A stretch of 64,000 nt of DNA. Origin: Squalus acanthias (Eukaryota). The stretch covers positions 372,001 to 436,000 of the forward strand of contig JASTWF010000337.1 of assembly GCA_030390025.1 (NCBI GenBank). The letters run 5' to 3'. Positions 12,442-23,940 of the stretch are shown one piece after another (position 1 is the stretch's first letter; each line of letters begins with the position of its first letter). The notes beneath the pieces were generated by a model, which did not search any database, had not been told where the DNA came from, and worked only from the letters and a program-made list of their open reading frames with translations. The translations under genes were made by a program, and so were the position numbers.

Positions 12442-12854
12442 CTGTCGGAAGAAAGGGTCAAAGGTTAATTGTAACAAAACTTCCCAGGCACGGTAGGTCC
12501 AGACGCTGCAGAGCTCCAAGTGCGCCTGTGTATTTGAAGTGTTAGTTCAATGTATTGGATGGGCCATTTTGCAGTCGCACGATATAAACAGTGCAGCAGC
12601 CTGGGGCCACCCGAGCCTGCAGTGATCAGGGCGAGATTGTTTTCTGTACCAATTAGTTAATTTAAGGCAAGCACAACAGTCCTCCTATCCTCACTGCAAT
12701 CCCAAGGTCAAGCACAAATTTTTAATTTCCAGAGAGGGAGTGAAAACAGTGCGTCAGTCGGTTTGAAATCTGAGATTGCTGCTGTCAGCTACTGCGTCAA
12801 CAATTTCAGGACCATCCAACAAAACAGAACATAAAGATGCACAACAATCTATAA

Positions 12855-12980
12855 TAAAAACAGAAACATTAACTCTGTTTCTCTCTTCACAGATGCTGCC
12901 TGACCTGCTGAGTATCTCCAGCATTTTCTATTTTTATTTCTATTTTATTTCTATTTCCAGCATCTGCAGTATTTTCTTTT
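12855..12980 (+). mobile_element. Penelope-like element terminal-repeat remnant
   Basis: GAAACATTAACTCTGTTTCTCTC...CACAGATGCTGCCTGACCTGCTGAG...CCAGCATTTTC, related to 54535-54625 (reverse) and 63676-63770. Confidence 0.6.
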
Positions 12981-13604
12981 TGTATCACAACAATCTATAG
13001 TTCTGCGACAAATATGCAAATCTTCCCTCGACATGTTGCAAAATCTCATGACATTTAAGTGTTCAGTACTGCCGTGCCCATTCACAAGCTGACGAATGCA
13101 GCACGGCTGCAACACTCTGCTTAGCTCAGCAGTAAGAAGCTGTGCCTATCTAACGAGCCAGAGAATTTACTCAAATACATCGTTCAGAGAAGGGTCGTTG
13201 TCTAATGACATTGCTCAGTGAATATCGACTGAACTGACCCACTCAGTTCAGCACTGGAGCATGAACTGCAGGGCCTTATCCCTCGATCACTCTTCTTCAT
13301 AATACAGCCTGTGTTATGGGTTGTCAGATAGCCACCAACACCAGCCCTCCCCCACTCTAGACTCAATAATTCTCCTCCTCAATTGAGTGTTACCCAGCCC
13401 TTCCCGACTCCCAGCCCTCCAAGAGAGAAAGAGAGAGAGCGAGACAGAGGCAGAGAGAGAGACAGAGAGAGACAGAGAACGGGCGAGGGGGCGACAGAGC
13501 GGGGGCGGGGCGGGGGGGGGGGGACCGAGGGAGGGCGACCGACCGAGGCAGCGCGCGACAGAGAGAGCGCGCGGCAGAGAGCGCCCGACAGAGAGAGGGT
13601 GACA

Positions 13605-13772
13605 AAACATAAGAAATAGGAGCAGGAGTAGGCCATTCGGCCCTTCGAGCCTGCTCCGCCATTCAATGAGATCAAGGCTGATCTTCTGCCTCAACTCCAT
13701 TCACCGGCCCTATCGCCATATCCCTTGATGTCTTTACTAGTCAGAAATCTATCGACTTCTGTTTTGAATATA
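13605..13772 (-). mobile_element. 3' end of an older CR1, interrupted by the young CR1
   Basis: Matches 8410-8570 and continues seamlessly at 17284. Confidence 0.9.
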
Positions 13773-13860
13773 GAAACATAGAAAATAGGTACAGGAGTAG
13801 ACCATTCGGTCCTTCGAGCCTGCACCGCCATTCAATGCGTTCATGGCTGAACATGCTACC

Positions 13861-16797
13861 TCAGTACCCCATTCCTGCTTTCTCGCCATACCCCTTGATC
13901 CCCTTAGTTGTGAGTGTTATATCTAACTCCCTTTTGAATATATTTAGCGAACTGGCCTCAACAACCTTCTGTGGAAGAGAATTCCATAGATTCACCACTC
14001 TCTGGGTGAAGAAGTTCCTCCTCAGCTCAGTCCTAAATGGCTTCCCCTTAATCCTTAGACTGTGACCCCTGGTTCTAGTTTTCCCTACCATTGGGAACAT
14101 TCTGCCCGCATCTAATTTGTCTAAACCAGTCAGGATTTTAAATGTCTCTATAAGATCCCCCCTCATTCTTCTGAACTCCAGAGGATACAAGTTCAGTTGA
14201 CCCAATCTTTCTTGATATGTCAGTCCGGCCATCCCAGGAATCAATCTAGTGAACCTTCGCTGCACTCCCTCAATAGCAAGAATGTCCTTCCTTAAGTTAG
14301 GAGACCAAAACTGCGCACAATACTCCAGGTGTGGCCTCACCAAGGCCCTGTACAACTGTAGCATCACCTCCCTACTCCTGTACTCAAATCCCCTTGCTAT
14401 GAAGGCCATCATTCCGTTTGCTTTCTTGACTGCCTGCTGCACTTGCATTCCCACCTTCAGTGACTGATGTACCATGACGCCCAGGTCTCGTTGCACGTCC
14501 CCTTTCCCTAATCTGCCACCATTCAGGTAATAGTCCGCCTCTCTATTTTTACCACCAAAGTGGATAACCTCACATTTATCCACATTGTACTTCATCTGCC
14601 ATACATTTGCCCATTCACCCAACCTGTCCAAGTCACTCTGTAGCCTCCTAGCATCCTCCTCATTGTTCACACTGCCTCCCAATTTAGTGTCATCCGCAAA
14701 TTTGGAGATATTACATTTAATCCCTTCGTCCAAATCATTAATATATAATGTAAACAGCTGGGGTCCCAGCACCGAACCCTGCGGTACCCCGCTGGTCACT
14801 GCCTGCCATTCTGAAAAGTACCCATTTACTCCTACTCTTTGTTTCCTGTGTGCCAACCAGTTCTCAATCCACGTCAACACATTACCCCCAATCCCATGTG
14901 CTTTAACTTTGCTCACCAATCTCTTGTGTGGGACCTTGTCGAAGGCCTTCTGAAAGTCCAAATACACCACATCTACTGGTTCCCCCCTGTCCACCCTATT
15001 GGAAACATCCTCAAAAAATTCCAGAAGATTTGTCAAGCATGATTTCCCTTTCACAAATCCATGCTGACTTGGACCTATCATGTCGCCACTTTCCAAATGG
15101 TCTGTTATGACATCTTTAATAATTGCTTCCATCATTTTACCCACGACCGATGTCAGGCTGACTGGTCTATAATTCCCTGCTTTCTCCCTCCCTCCTTTTT
15201 TAAAAAGAGGGGTTACATTGGCCACCCTCCACTCCATCGGAACTGATCCAGAGTCTAAGGAATGTTGGAAAATGATCGTCAATGCATCCACTATTTCCAA
15301 GGCCACCTCCTTAAGTACTCTGGGATGCAGACCATCAGGCCCCGGGGATTTTTCAGCCTTCAGTCCCATCAATTTCCCCAATACCTTTTCCCGACTAATA
15401 AGGATTTCCCTCAGCTCCTCCCTCTTACCAGATCCTCTGACCCCTTTTATTTCCGGCAGGTTGTGTGTGTCCTCCACAGTAAACACCGAACCAAAGTACT
15501 TGTTTAATTGATCTGCCATTTCCTTGTTCCCCATTACGACTTCCCCTGTTTCCGACTGCAGGGGACCTACGTTTGTTTTTACTAACCTCTTTCTTTTTAC
15601 ATATTTATAGAAGCTTTTGCAGTCCATTTTAATGTTCTCTGCAAGCTTCCTTTCATATTTTATTTTCCCTGCCCTAATCAAACCCTTCGTCCTCCTCTGC
15701 TGAGTTTTGAAGTTCTCCCAGTCCCCGGGTTTGCTGCTACTTCTGGCCAATTTGTATGCAACTTCCTTGGTTTTAATACTATCCCTGATTTCCCTTGTTA
15801 GCCATGGTTGAGCCACCTTCCCTTTTTTATTTTTACGCCAGACCGGGATGTACAATTGTTGTAGTTCATCCATGCGATCTCTAAATGTCTGCCATTGCCC
15901 TTCCACTGATAGCCCCTTAAATATCGCTTGCCAATTTAACCTCGCCAATTCACGCCTCATACCCTCAAAGTTGCCCTTATTTAAGTTCTGGACCATGGTC
16001 TCTGACTTAACTGATTCCTTCTCCATCCTAATGTAGAACTCCACCATACTATGGTCACTCTTCCCCAGGGGGCCTCGTACCACAAGATTGCTGATTAGTC
16101 CCTCCTCATTACACAACACCCAGTCCAGGATGGCCTCCCCTCGAGTTGGTTCCTCAACATATTGGTTTAGGAAACCATCCCTTAAACACTCCAGGAAATC
16201 CTCCTCCACCGTATTGCTTCCAGTTTGAGTAGCCCAATCTATATGCATATTAAAGTCACCCATGATAACTGCCGTGCCTTTTTTGCACGCACCTCTGATT
16301 TCCTGTTTCATACCCTCCCCCACCTCACTACTGCTGTTTGGAGGTCTGTACACAACTCCCACTAACGTTTTCTGCCCTTTGGTGTTCTGCAGCTCAACCC
16401 ATATTGATTCCACATCCTCCAAGCTGATGTCCTTCCTAGCTATTGCATTAATCTCCTCTTTAACCAGCAATGCTACCCCACCCCCTTTTCCTTTTATTCT
16501 ATCCTTTCTGAATGTTGAATACCCCTGGATGTTCAGTTCCCAGCCTTGATTGTTCTGGAGCCACGTCTCTGTAATCCCAATCACATCGTATCCGTTAACA
16601 TCTATTTGCACAGTCAATTCATCCACCTTATTACGGATACTCCTTGCATTAAGACACAGAGCCTTTAGGCTTGTTTTATTAACATCCTTTGTCCGTTTAG
16701 ACTTATGATTTAGTATGGCCCTTTGTGTTTCTTGCCTTTGTTTACTCGGCCTTCCCCTATTATTGCTCACCCTTCTAACATTTGTTTCTGACTGCAT
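13861..16797 (-). CDS. CR1 ORF2: APE-like endonuclease plus reverse transcriptase, 978 aa, uninterrupted
   Basis: EN motifs LNARSI, ITETW, MGDFN, LDWVL and SDH. RT motifs [19 protein letters not shown] and FADD. Confidence 0.95.
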   Translation of the reverse strand: MQSETNVRRVSNNRGRPSKQRQETQRAILNHKSKRTKDVNKTSLKALCLNARSIRNKVDELTVQIDVNGYDVIGITETWLQNNQGWELNIQGYSTFRKDRIKGKGGGVALLVKEEINAIARKDISLEDVESIWVELQNTKGQKTLVGVVYRPPNSSSEVGEGMKQEIRGACKKGTAVIMGDFNMHIDWATQTGSNTVEEDFLECLRDGFLNQYVEEPTRGEAILDWVLCNEEGLISNLVVRGPLGKSDHSMVEFYIRMEKESVKSETMVQNLNKGNFEGMRRELARLNWQAIFKGLSVEGQWQTFRDRMDELQQLYIPVWRKNKKGKVAQPWLTREIRDSIKTKEVAYKLARSSSKPGDWENFKTQQRRTKGLIRAGKIKYERKLAENIKMDCKSFYKYVKRKRLVKTNVGPLQSETGEVVMGNKEMADQLNKYFGSVFTVEDTHNLPEIKGVRGSGKREELREILISREKVLGKLMGLKAEKSPGPDGLHPRVLKEVALEIVDALTIIFQHSLDSGSVPMEWRVANVTPLFKKGGREKAGNYRPVSLTSVVGKMMEAIIKDVITDHLESGDMIGPSQHGFVKGKSCLTNLLEFFEDVSNRVDRGEPVDVVYLDFQKAFDKVPHKRLVSKVKAHGIGGNVLTWIENWLAHRKQRVGVNGYFSEWQAVTSGVPQGSVLGPQLFTLYINDLDEGIKCNISKFADDTKLGGSVNNEEDARRLQSDLDRLGEWANVWQMKYNVDKCEVIHFGGKNREADYYLNGGRLGKGDVQRDLGVMVHQSLKVGMQVQQAVKKANGMMAFIARGFEYRSREVMLQLYRALVRPHLEYCAQFWSPNLRKDILAIEGVQRRFTRLIPGMAGLTYQERLGQLNLYPLEFRRMRGDLIETFKILTGLDKLDAGRMFPMVGKTRTRGHSLRIKGKPFRTELRRNFFTQRVVNLWNSLPQKVVEASSLNIFKRELDITLTTKGIKGYGEKAGMGY

Positions 16798-16844
16798 ATT
16801 ACTTCCCCCTGTTTCGCTACATAGGTTCCCATTCCCCTGCCATA

Positions 16845-17283
16845 TTAGTTTAAATCCTCCCGAACTGCTTTAGCAAATATTACCCCGAGGACATCGGTTC
16901 CAGTCCTGCCCAAGTGCAGACCGTCCCTTTTGTACAGGTCCCACTTCCCCCAGAACTGGTTCCAATGCCTCAGGAATTTGAATCCCTCCCTCCTGCACCA
17001 CTGCTCAAGCCACGTATTCAATCTCACTATCCTGTTCTCTCTATTCTGATTAGCACGTGGCCCTGGTAGCAATCCAGAGATTACTACCTTAGAGGTCCTA
17101 CTTTTTAATTTAGCTCCTAGCTCCCTCAATTCTGCTTGTAGGACCTCTTCCCGCTTTTTACCTATATCGTTGGTACCTACATGCACCACGACAGCTGGCT
17201 GTTCACCCTCCCTCTTCAGAATGTTCTGCAGCTGCTCCGAGACATCCTTGACCCTTGCACCAGGGAGGCAACATACCATCCTG
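16845..17283 (-). CDS. CR1 ORF1 C-terminal part (SGNH/esterase-like domain), 5'-truncated
   Basis: VCCLPGARVKDV...VHVGTND...DGLHL...EDLN*. GTND and DGLH are the esterase-like motifs known from CR1 ORF1. Confidence 0.88.
16848..16854 (-). promoter_or_regulatory. Candidate -1 ribosomal frameshift slippery heptamer U_UUA_AAC at the ORF1/ORF2 overlap
   Basis: ORF1 ends GAU UUA AAC UAA. The -1 frame UUU AAA CUA AUA UGG CAG GGG... is open for 19 codons and is in frame with the ORF2 AUG at 16797. Confidence 0.6.
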
Positions 17284-18230
17284 GAATATACCCAATGACT
17301 GAGCCTCCACAACCCTCTGGGGTACAGAATTCCAAAGATTCACCACCCCGTGTGTGAAGAAATTTCTTCTCATCTCAGTTCTGAATGGCCTACCCTTTAT
17401 CCGGAGGCTGTGGCCCCTGGTTCTAGACTCCCCAGCCAAGGGAAACATTCTCCCAGCATCCACTCTATCAAGCCCTGTAATAATTTTGTATGCTTCAATG
17501 AGATCCCCTCATTTTTCTGAATTCAAGAGAATACAGGCCTAGTTTACTCAATCTCTTCTCATACGACGGTCCCGCCATCCCAGGAATCAATCTCGTGAAC
17601 CTTCATTGCACTCCCTCTATGGCAAGTATATCCTTCCTTAGGTAAGGAGACCAAAATTGTACACAGTACTCCAGGTGTGGTCTCACCAAGGCCCTATATA
17701 ATTGGAGTAAGACTTCTTTACTCCTGTACTCAAATCCTCTTGTAATGAAGGCCAGCATACCATTTGCCTTCCTAATGGCTTGCTGCACCTGCACATTCAC
17801 TTTCAGTGACTCATGTACAAGGACACCCAGGTCCCTTTGAGCATCTGCATTCCCCAACCTTTCACCATTTAAGAAATAGTCTGCCTTTCTGTTTTTTCTA
17901 CCAAAGTGGTTAACTTCACATTTATCCACATTATATTCCATCTGCCATGTTCTCGCCCACTCACTAAGCCTGTCGAGATTCCCTTGAAGCCTCTTCACAT
18001 CTGACACTGCCACCTAGCTTTGTATCATCAGCAAATTTGGAAATGTTACATTTAGTCCCCTCATCCAAATCATTGATATAGATTGTGAATAGCTGGGGCC
18101 CAAGCACCGATCCTTGCGGTACCCCACTAGTCACAGCCTGCCATCCTAAAAAAGACCCGTTTATCCCTACTCTGTTTACTGTCTGTTAACCAATTCTCAA
18201 TCCATGCTAGCACATTACCCCCAATTCCAT
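17284..18230 (-). mobile_element. Remainder of the older CR1 that hosts the young insertion
   Basis: Closely similar to 8570-9515, with frameshifted RT C-terminal ORFs. Confidence 0.92.
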
Positions 18231-18922
18231 ATTATGGCTATTAGATCAAACCTGTTAATTTCTATCTGTGCTATTAATTCATCTATTTTGTTGCGAATGC
18301 TTCGCACATTCAGAGATAGTGCCTTTAGCTTTAACATTTCTATTTTTCCTGATGTCACCTTAATCACTGATGCCTTATTACCTTTGTTACTCTTCCTGAC
18401 TCACTGCTTATTTTTACCCAAAACTCTACTCTGCTCTAGAGCCTTGACATTTTCTCGCTGCTTTTAAATTTACTCTTTCCTGAATCCTCCCACCCACCCC
18501 GCCCCCCCTTCATTAGTTTAAAGCCCTGTCTACTGTCCTAGTTATTCGGTTCGCCAGGACACTGGTCCCAGCCCAGTTTAAGTGGAGCCCGTCCCAACGG
18601 AACAGCTCCCTCTTTCCCCAGTACTGGTGCCAGTGCCCCATGAATTGAAACTCCTTCCTCCCACACCACTCTTTGAGCCACACATTTAAACCTCTAATCT
18701 GTTTATCCCTATGCCAATTTGTGCATGGCTCAGGTAACAATCCAGAGATTATTACCTTTGAGGTTCTGCTTTTTAATTTTGATCCTAGCTGCTCAACCTC
18801 ATTCCTAGTTCTACCTATGTTGTTGGTTCCTATGTGGACCACGACAACTGGAACGTCCCCCTCCCACTCCAAGTTCTTCTCCAGCCGCGAGGAGATGTCT
18901 TTAACCCTGGCACTGGGCAGGC
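18231..18922 (-). mobile_element. CR1 fragment spanning the ORF1 esterase domain and the start of the ORF2 endonuclease
   Basis: ORF 18513-18980 reads ...HIGTNN...DGLHL...DRALN*. Downstream is LKALSLNVRSIRNKIDEL. Confidence 0.88.
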
Positions 18923-18954
18923 AAGAGAGAGAGAGAGAGTGTGACAGAGCACAG

Positions 18955-19871
18955 CATATCCAAGTTTGCTGACGATACAAAGCTAGGTGGGAAAGTAAGC
19001 TGTGAGGAAAACAGAAAAAGACTGCAAAGGGATTTAGATAGACTAAGTGAGTAGGCTTTAAGGTGGCAGATGGCGCATAATGTAGGGAAATGTGAAATTA
19101 TTCACTTTGGTAAGAATAGGAAAACAGAATATTTTTTAAATGGTGACAAACTATTAAATATTGGTGTTCAGAGAGATTTCGGTGTCCTAGTACAAGAAAC
19201 ACGGAAAGTTAACATGCAGGTATAAGTAATTCGGAAGGAAAATGGGCTTTATTGCAAGAGGGTTGGAGTACAAGAGTAAGGAAGTCTTGCTACAATTGTA
19301 CAGGGTCTTGGTGAGGCCACACCTGGAGTACTGTGCACAGTTTTGGTCTCCTTATCTAAGGAAGGATATACTTGCCTTGGAGGTGGTGCAACGAAGATTC
19401 ACTAGATTGATTCCTGGGATGAGAGGGTTGTCCTATTATGAGATTGTGTAGAATGGGCCTATACTCTCTGGAGTTTAGAAGAATGAGAGGTGATCTCATT
19501 GAAACATACAAGATTCTGAAGGGGATTGACAGGGTTGATGCTGAGAGGTTGTTTCCCCTGGCTGGAGTGTCTAGAACCAGGGGTCACAGTCTCAGGATAA
19601 GGGGCCAGACTTTTAAGACTGAGATCAGGAGGAATTTCTTCACTCAGAGCGTTGTGAATCTTTGGAATTCTCTGCCCCAGAGGGTTGTGGATGCTCAGTC
19701 GTTGAGTTGTCAAGGCTGAGATAGATAGATTTTCGGAATCAAGGGATATGGGGATAGGGCAGGAAAGTGGAGTTGAGGTAGAAGATCAGCCATGATCTTA
19801 TTGAATGGCGGAGCAGGCTCGAGGGGGCCGTATGACCTACTCCTGCTCCTAATTCTTATGTTATGTTCTTA
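18955..19871 (+). mobile_element. Degenerate 5'-truncated CR1
   Basis: Runs from SKFADDTKL through the 3' UTR stem-loop to the TTCTTATG tail. Confidence 0.9.
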
Positions 19872-20014
19872 TTTATAGTCACTAGTTCTGGTCTCCCCAC
19901 AAAATGGAAACATTTTCTTTACTTCTACCCTATCAAACCCTTTCATAATCAGGTCTCTATCAGGTCACCCCTCAACCTTCTCCTTTTGAGAGAGACAAGC
20001 ACCAGTCTGTTCAG

Positions 20015-20628
20015 TCATAGAATCATAGAATGGTTACAGCACAGAAGGAGGCCATTCGGCCCGTCAAGTCCGTGCTGGCTCTCTGCAAAAGCACTTCAGA
20101 TAGTCCCACTCCCCCGCCCGTTCCACTGCAAAAAAAATTTTCAGGCACTGACCCAATTCCCTTTGAAAGCCGTGATTGAATCTGCCTCCACCACCCTTTC
20201 AGGCAGTGCATTCCAGATCCTAACCACTCGCTGCGTAAAAAGGTTTTCCCTCATGTCACCTTTGGTTCTTCTGCCAATCACCTTAAATCTGTGTCCTCTG
20301 GTTCTCGGCCCTTCCGCCAATGGGAACAGTTTCTCTCTATCTACTCTGTCTCGACCCCTCATGATTTTGAACACCTCTATCAAATCTCCTCTCAACCTTC
20401 TCTGCTCCAAGGAGAACAACCCCAGCTTCTCCAGTCTATCCTCGTAACTGAAATCCCTCATTCCTGGAATCATTCTTGTAAATCTTTTCTGCACCCTCTC
20501 TAAGGCCTTCACATCCTTCCTAAAGTGCGGTGGCCAGAATTGGACACAATACTCCCGTTGAGGCCGAACCAGTGTTTTATAAAAGTACATTGTAACTTCC
20601 TTGCTTTTGTACTCTATGCCTCTATTTA
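20015..20628 (-). mobile_element. CR1 3' fragment, (ATTCTATG)n-tail family
   Basis: RGIEYKSKEV...RRLRGDLIEVFK...FTQRVV, with the tail read as CATAGAATCATAGAA on the + strand. Confidence 0.9.
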
Positions 20629-20707
20629 TGGGAGACGGAGATGGGGGGAGGGGGGAGAAGGGGGGAGAAGGGGGGAGGAGGGGGGAGAAGGGGGGAAGAG
20701 GGGGGAA

Positions 20708-21356
20708 NNNNNNNNNNNNNNNNNNNNNNNNNNNNNNNNNNNNNNNNNNNNNNNNNNNNNNNNNNNNNNNNNNNNNNNNNNNNNNNNNNNNNNNNNNNNN
20801 NNNNNNNNNNNNNNNNNNNNNNNNNNNNNNNNNNNNNNNNNNNNNNNNNNNNNNNNNNNNNNNNNNNNNNNNNNNNNNNNNNNNNNNNNNNNNNNNNNNN
20901 NNNNNNNNNNNNNNNNNNNNNNNNNNNNNNNNNNNNNNNNNNNNNNNNNNNNNNNNNNNNNNNNNNNNNNNNNNNNNNNNNNNNNNNNNNNNNNNNNNNN
21001 NNNNNNNNNNNNNNNNNNNNNNNNNNNNNNNNNNNNNNNNNNNNNNNNNNNNNNNNNNNNNNNNNNNNNNNNNNNNNNNNNNNNNNNNNNNNNNNNNNNN
21101 NNNNNNNNNNNNNNNNNNNNNNNNNNNNNNNNNNNNNNNNNNNNNNNNNNNNNNNNNNNNNNNNNNNNNNNNNNNNNNNNNNNNNNNNNNNNNNNNNNNN
21201 NNNNNNNNNNNNNNNNNNNNNNNNNNNNNNNNNNNNNNNNNNNNNNNNNNNNNNNNNNNNNNNNNNNNNNNNNNNNNNNNNNNNNNNNNNNNNNNNNNNN
21301 NNNNNNNNNNNNNNNNNNNNNNNNNNNNNNNNNNNNNNNNNNNNNNNNNNNNNNNN
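20708..21356. other. Assembly gap (649 N), flanked by a G/A-rich tract and the satellite
   Basis: Run of N. Confidence 1.
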
Positions 21357-23940
21357 TGATAACTGGACAAGGAACTGATAACTGGACAAGGAACTGAAAA
21401 ATTGACTAGGAACTGATAACTGGACAAGGAGCAGATAACTGGACAAGGAGCAGCTCACTGGACATGGAGCAGATAACTGGACAAGGAACTGATAACTGGA
21501 CAAGGAACTGATAACTGCACAAGGAGCAGATAACTGGACAAGGAGCAGATAACTGGACAAGGAGCAGATAACTGCACAAGGACCAGATAACTGGACAAGG
21601 AGCAGATAACTGGACAAGGAGCAGATAACTGGACAAGGAGCAGATAACTGGACAAGGAGCAGATAACTGGACACGGAGCAGATAACTGGAAAAGGAACAG
21701 ATAACTGGACAAGGAGCAGATAACTGGACAAGGAGCAGATAACTGGACAGGAAACTGATAACTGGACAAGGAGCAGATTACTGGCCAAGGATCAGATAAC
21801 TGGACAAGGAGCAGATAACTGGACAAGGAGCCGATAACTGGACAGGAAACTGATAACTGGACAAGGAACTGATAACTGGACAAGGAACTGATAACTGGAC
21901 AAGGAACTGATAACTGGACAAGGAACAGATAACTGGACAAGGAACTGATAACTGGACAAGGAGCAGATAACTGGACAAGGAACTGATAACTGGACAAGGA
22001 GCCGATAACTGGAGAAGGAACTGATAACTGGACATGGAGTAGAAAACTGGACAAGGAACTGATAACTGGACAAGGAGCAGATAACTGGACAAGGAACTGA
22101 TAACTGGACAAATACTGATAACTGGACAAGGAACTGATTACTGGAGATTGAACTGATAACTGGACAGTGAACTGATAACTGGACAAGGAACTGATAACTG
22201 GACAAGGAACTGATAACTGGACAAGGAACTGATAACTGGACAAGGAACTGATAACTGGACAAGGAACTGATAACTGGAAAAGGAGCAGATTACGGGACAA
22301 GGAACTGATAACTGGACAAGGAGTAGATTACTGGACAAGGAACTGATAACTGGACAGGGAGCAGATAATTGGACAAGGAACTGATAACTGGACAAGGAAC
22401 TGATAACTGGACAAGGAACTGATAACTGGACAAGGAACTGATAACTGGACAAGGAACTGATAACTGGACAAGGAACTGATAACTGGACAATGAGCAGATA
22501 ACTGGACAAGGAGCAGATAACTGGACAAGGAGCAGATAACTGGACAAGGAGCAGATAACTGGACAAGGAGCAGATAACTGGACAAGGAGCAGATAACTGG
22601 ACAAGGTGCAGATAACTGGACAAGGAACTGATAACTGGACAAGGAACTGATAACTGGACAAGGAACTGATAACTGGACAAGGAACTGATAACTGGACAAG
22701 GAACTGATAACTGGACAAGGAACTGATAACTGGACAAGGAGCAGATAACTGGACAAGGAGCAGATAACTGGACAAGGAGCAGATAACTGGACAAGGAGCC
22801 GATAACTGGAGAAGGAACTGATAACTGGACATGGAGTAGAAAACTGGACAAGGAACTGATAACTGGACAAGGAGCAGATAACTGGACAAGGAACTGATAA
22901 CTGGACAAATACTGATAACTGGACAAGGAACTGATTACTGGAGATTGAACTGATAACTGGACAGTGAACTGATAACTGGACAAGGAACTGATAACTGGAC
23001 AAGGAACTGATAACTGGACAAGGAACTGATAACTGGACAAGGAACTGATAACTGGAAAAGGAGCAGATTACGGGACAAGGAACTGATAACTGGACAAGGA
23101 GTAGATTACTGGACAAGGAACTGATCACTGGACAAGGAGCAGATAATTGGACAAGGAACTGATAACTGGACAAGGAACTGCTAACTGGAAAAGGAACTGA
23201 TAACTGGACAAGGAACTGATAACTGGACAAGGAATTGATAACTGGACAAGGAACTGATAACTGGACAAGGAACAGATAACTGGACAAGGAACTGATAACT
23301 GGACAAGGAGCCGATAACTGGAGAAGGAACTGATAACTGGACATGGAGTAGAAAACTGGACAAGGAACTGATAACTGGACAAGGAGCAGATAACTGGACA
23401 TGGCGTAGAAAACTGGACAAGGAACTGATAACTGGACAAGGAACTGATAACTGGACATGGAGTAGAAAACTGGACAAGGAACTGATAACTGGACAAGGTG
23501 CAGATAACTGGACAAGGAACTGATAACTGGACAAGGAGCAGATAACTGGACAAGGAGCAGATAACTGGACACGGAGCAGATAACTGGACACGGAGCAGAT
23601 AACTGGACAAGAAACTGATAACTGGACAAGGAACTGATAAGTGGACAAGGAACTGATAAGTGGACAAGGAACTGAAAACTGGACAGGGAACTGAAAACTG
23701 GACAGGGAACTGATAACTGGACAGGGAACTGATAACTGGACAGGGAACTGATAACTGGACAAGGAACTGATAACTGGACAAGGAACTGATAACTGGACAA
23801 GGAGCAGATAACTGGACAAGGAACTGATAACTGGACAAGGAACTGATAACTGGACAAGGAGCAGATAACTGGACAAGGAACTGATAACTGGACAAGGAAC
23901 TGATAACTGGACAAGGAACTGATAACTGGACAAGAATCAG

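Larger units (their letters stand above)
13773..17283 (-). mobile_element. Young CR1 LINE, truncated within ORF1, with intact ORF2 and a 7-bp TSD
   Basis: GAATATA is duplicated at 13766-13772 and 17284-17290. The element has a TTTCTATG-type tail, a complete ORF2 and the ORF1 C-terminus. Confidence 0.96.

Noticed and set aside
14249..16549. Plus-strand ORFs antisense to CR1 ORF2 (also in other copies)
   Set aside because: Shadow ORFs of LINE coding sequence.
20141..21788. ORFs spanning the gap
   Set aside because: Produced by translating N.
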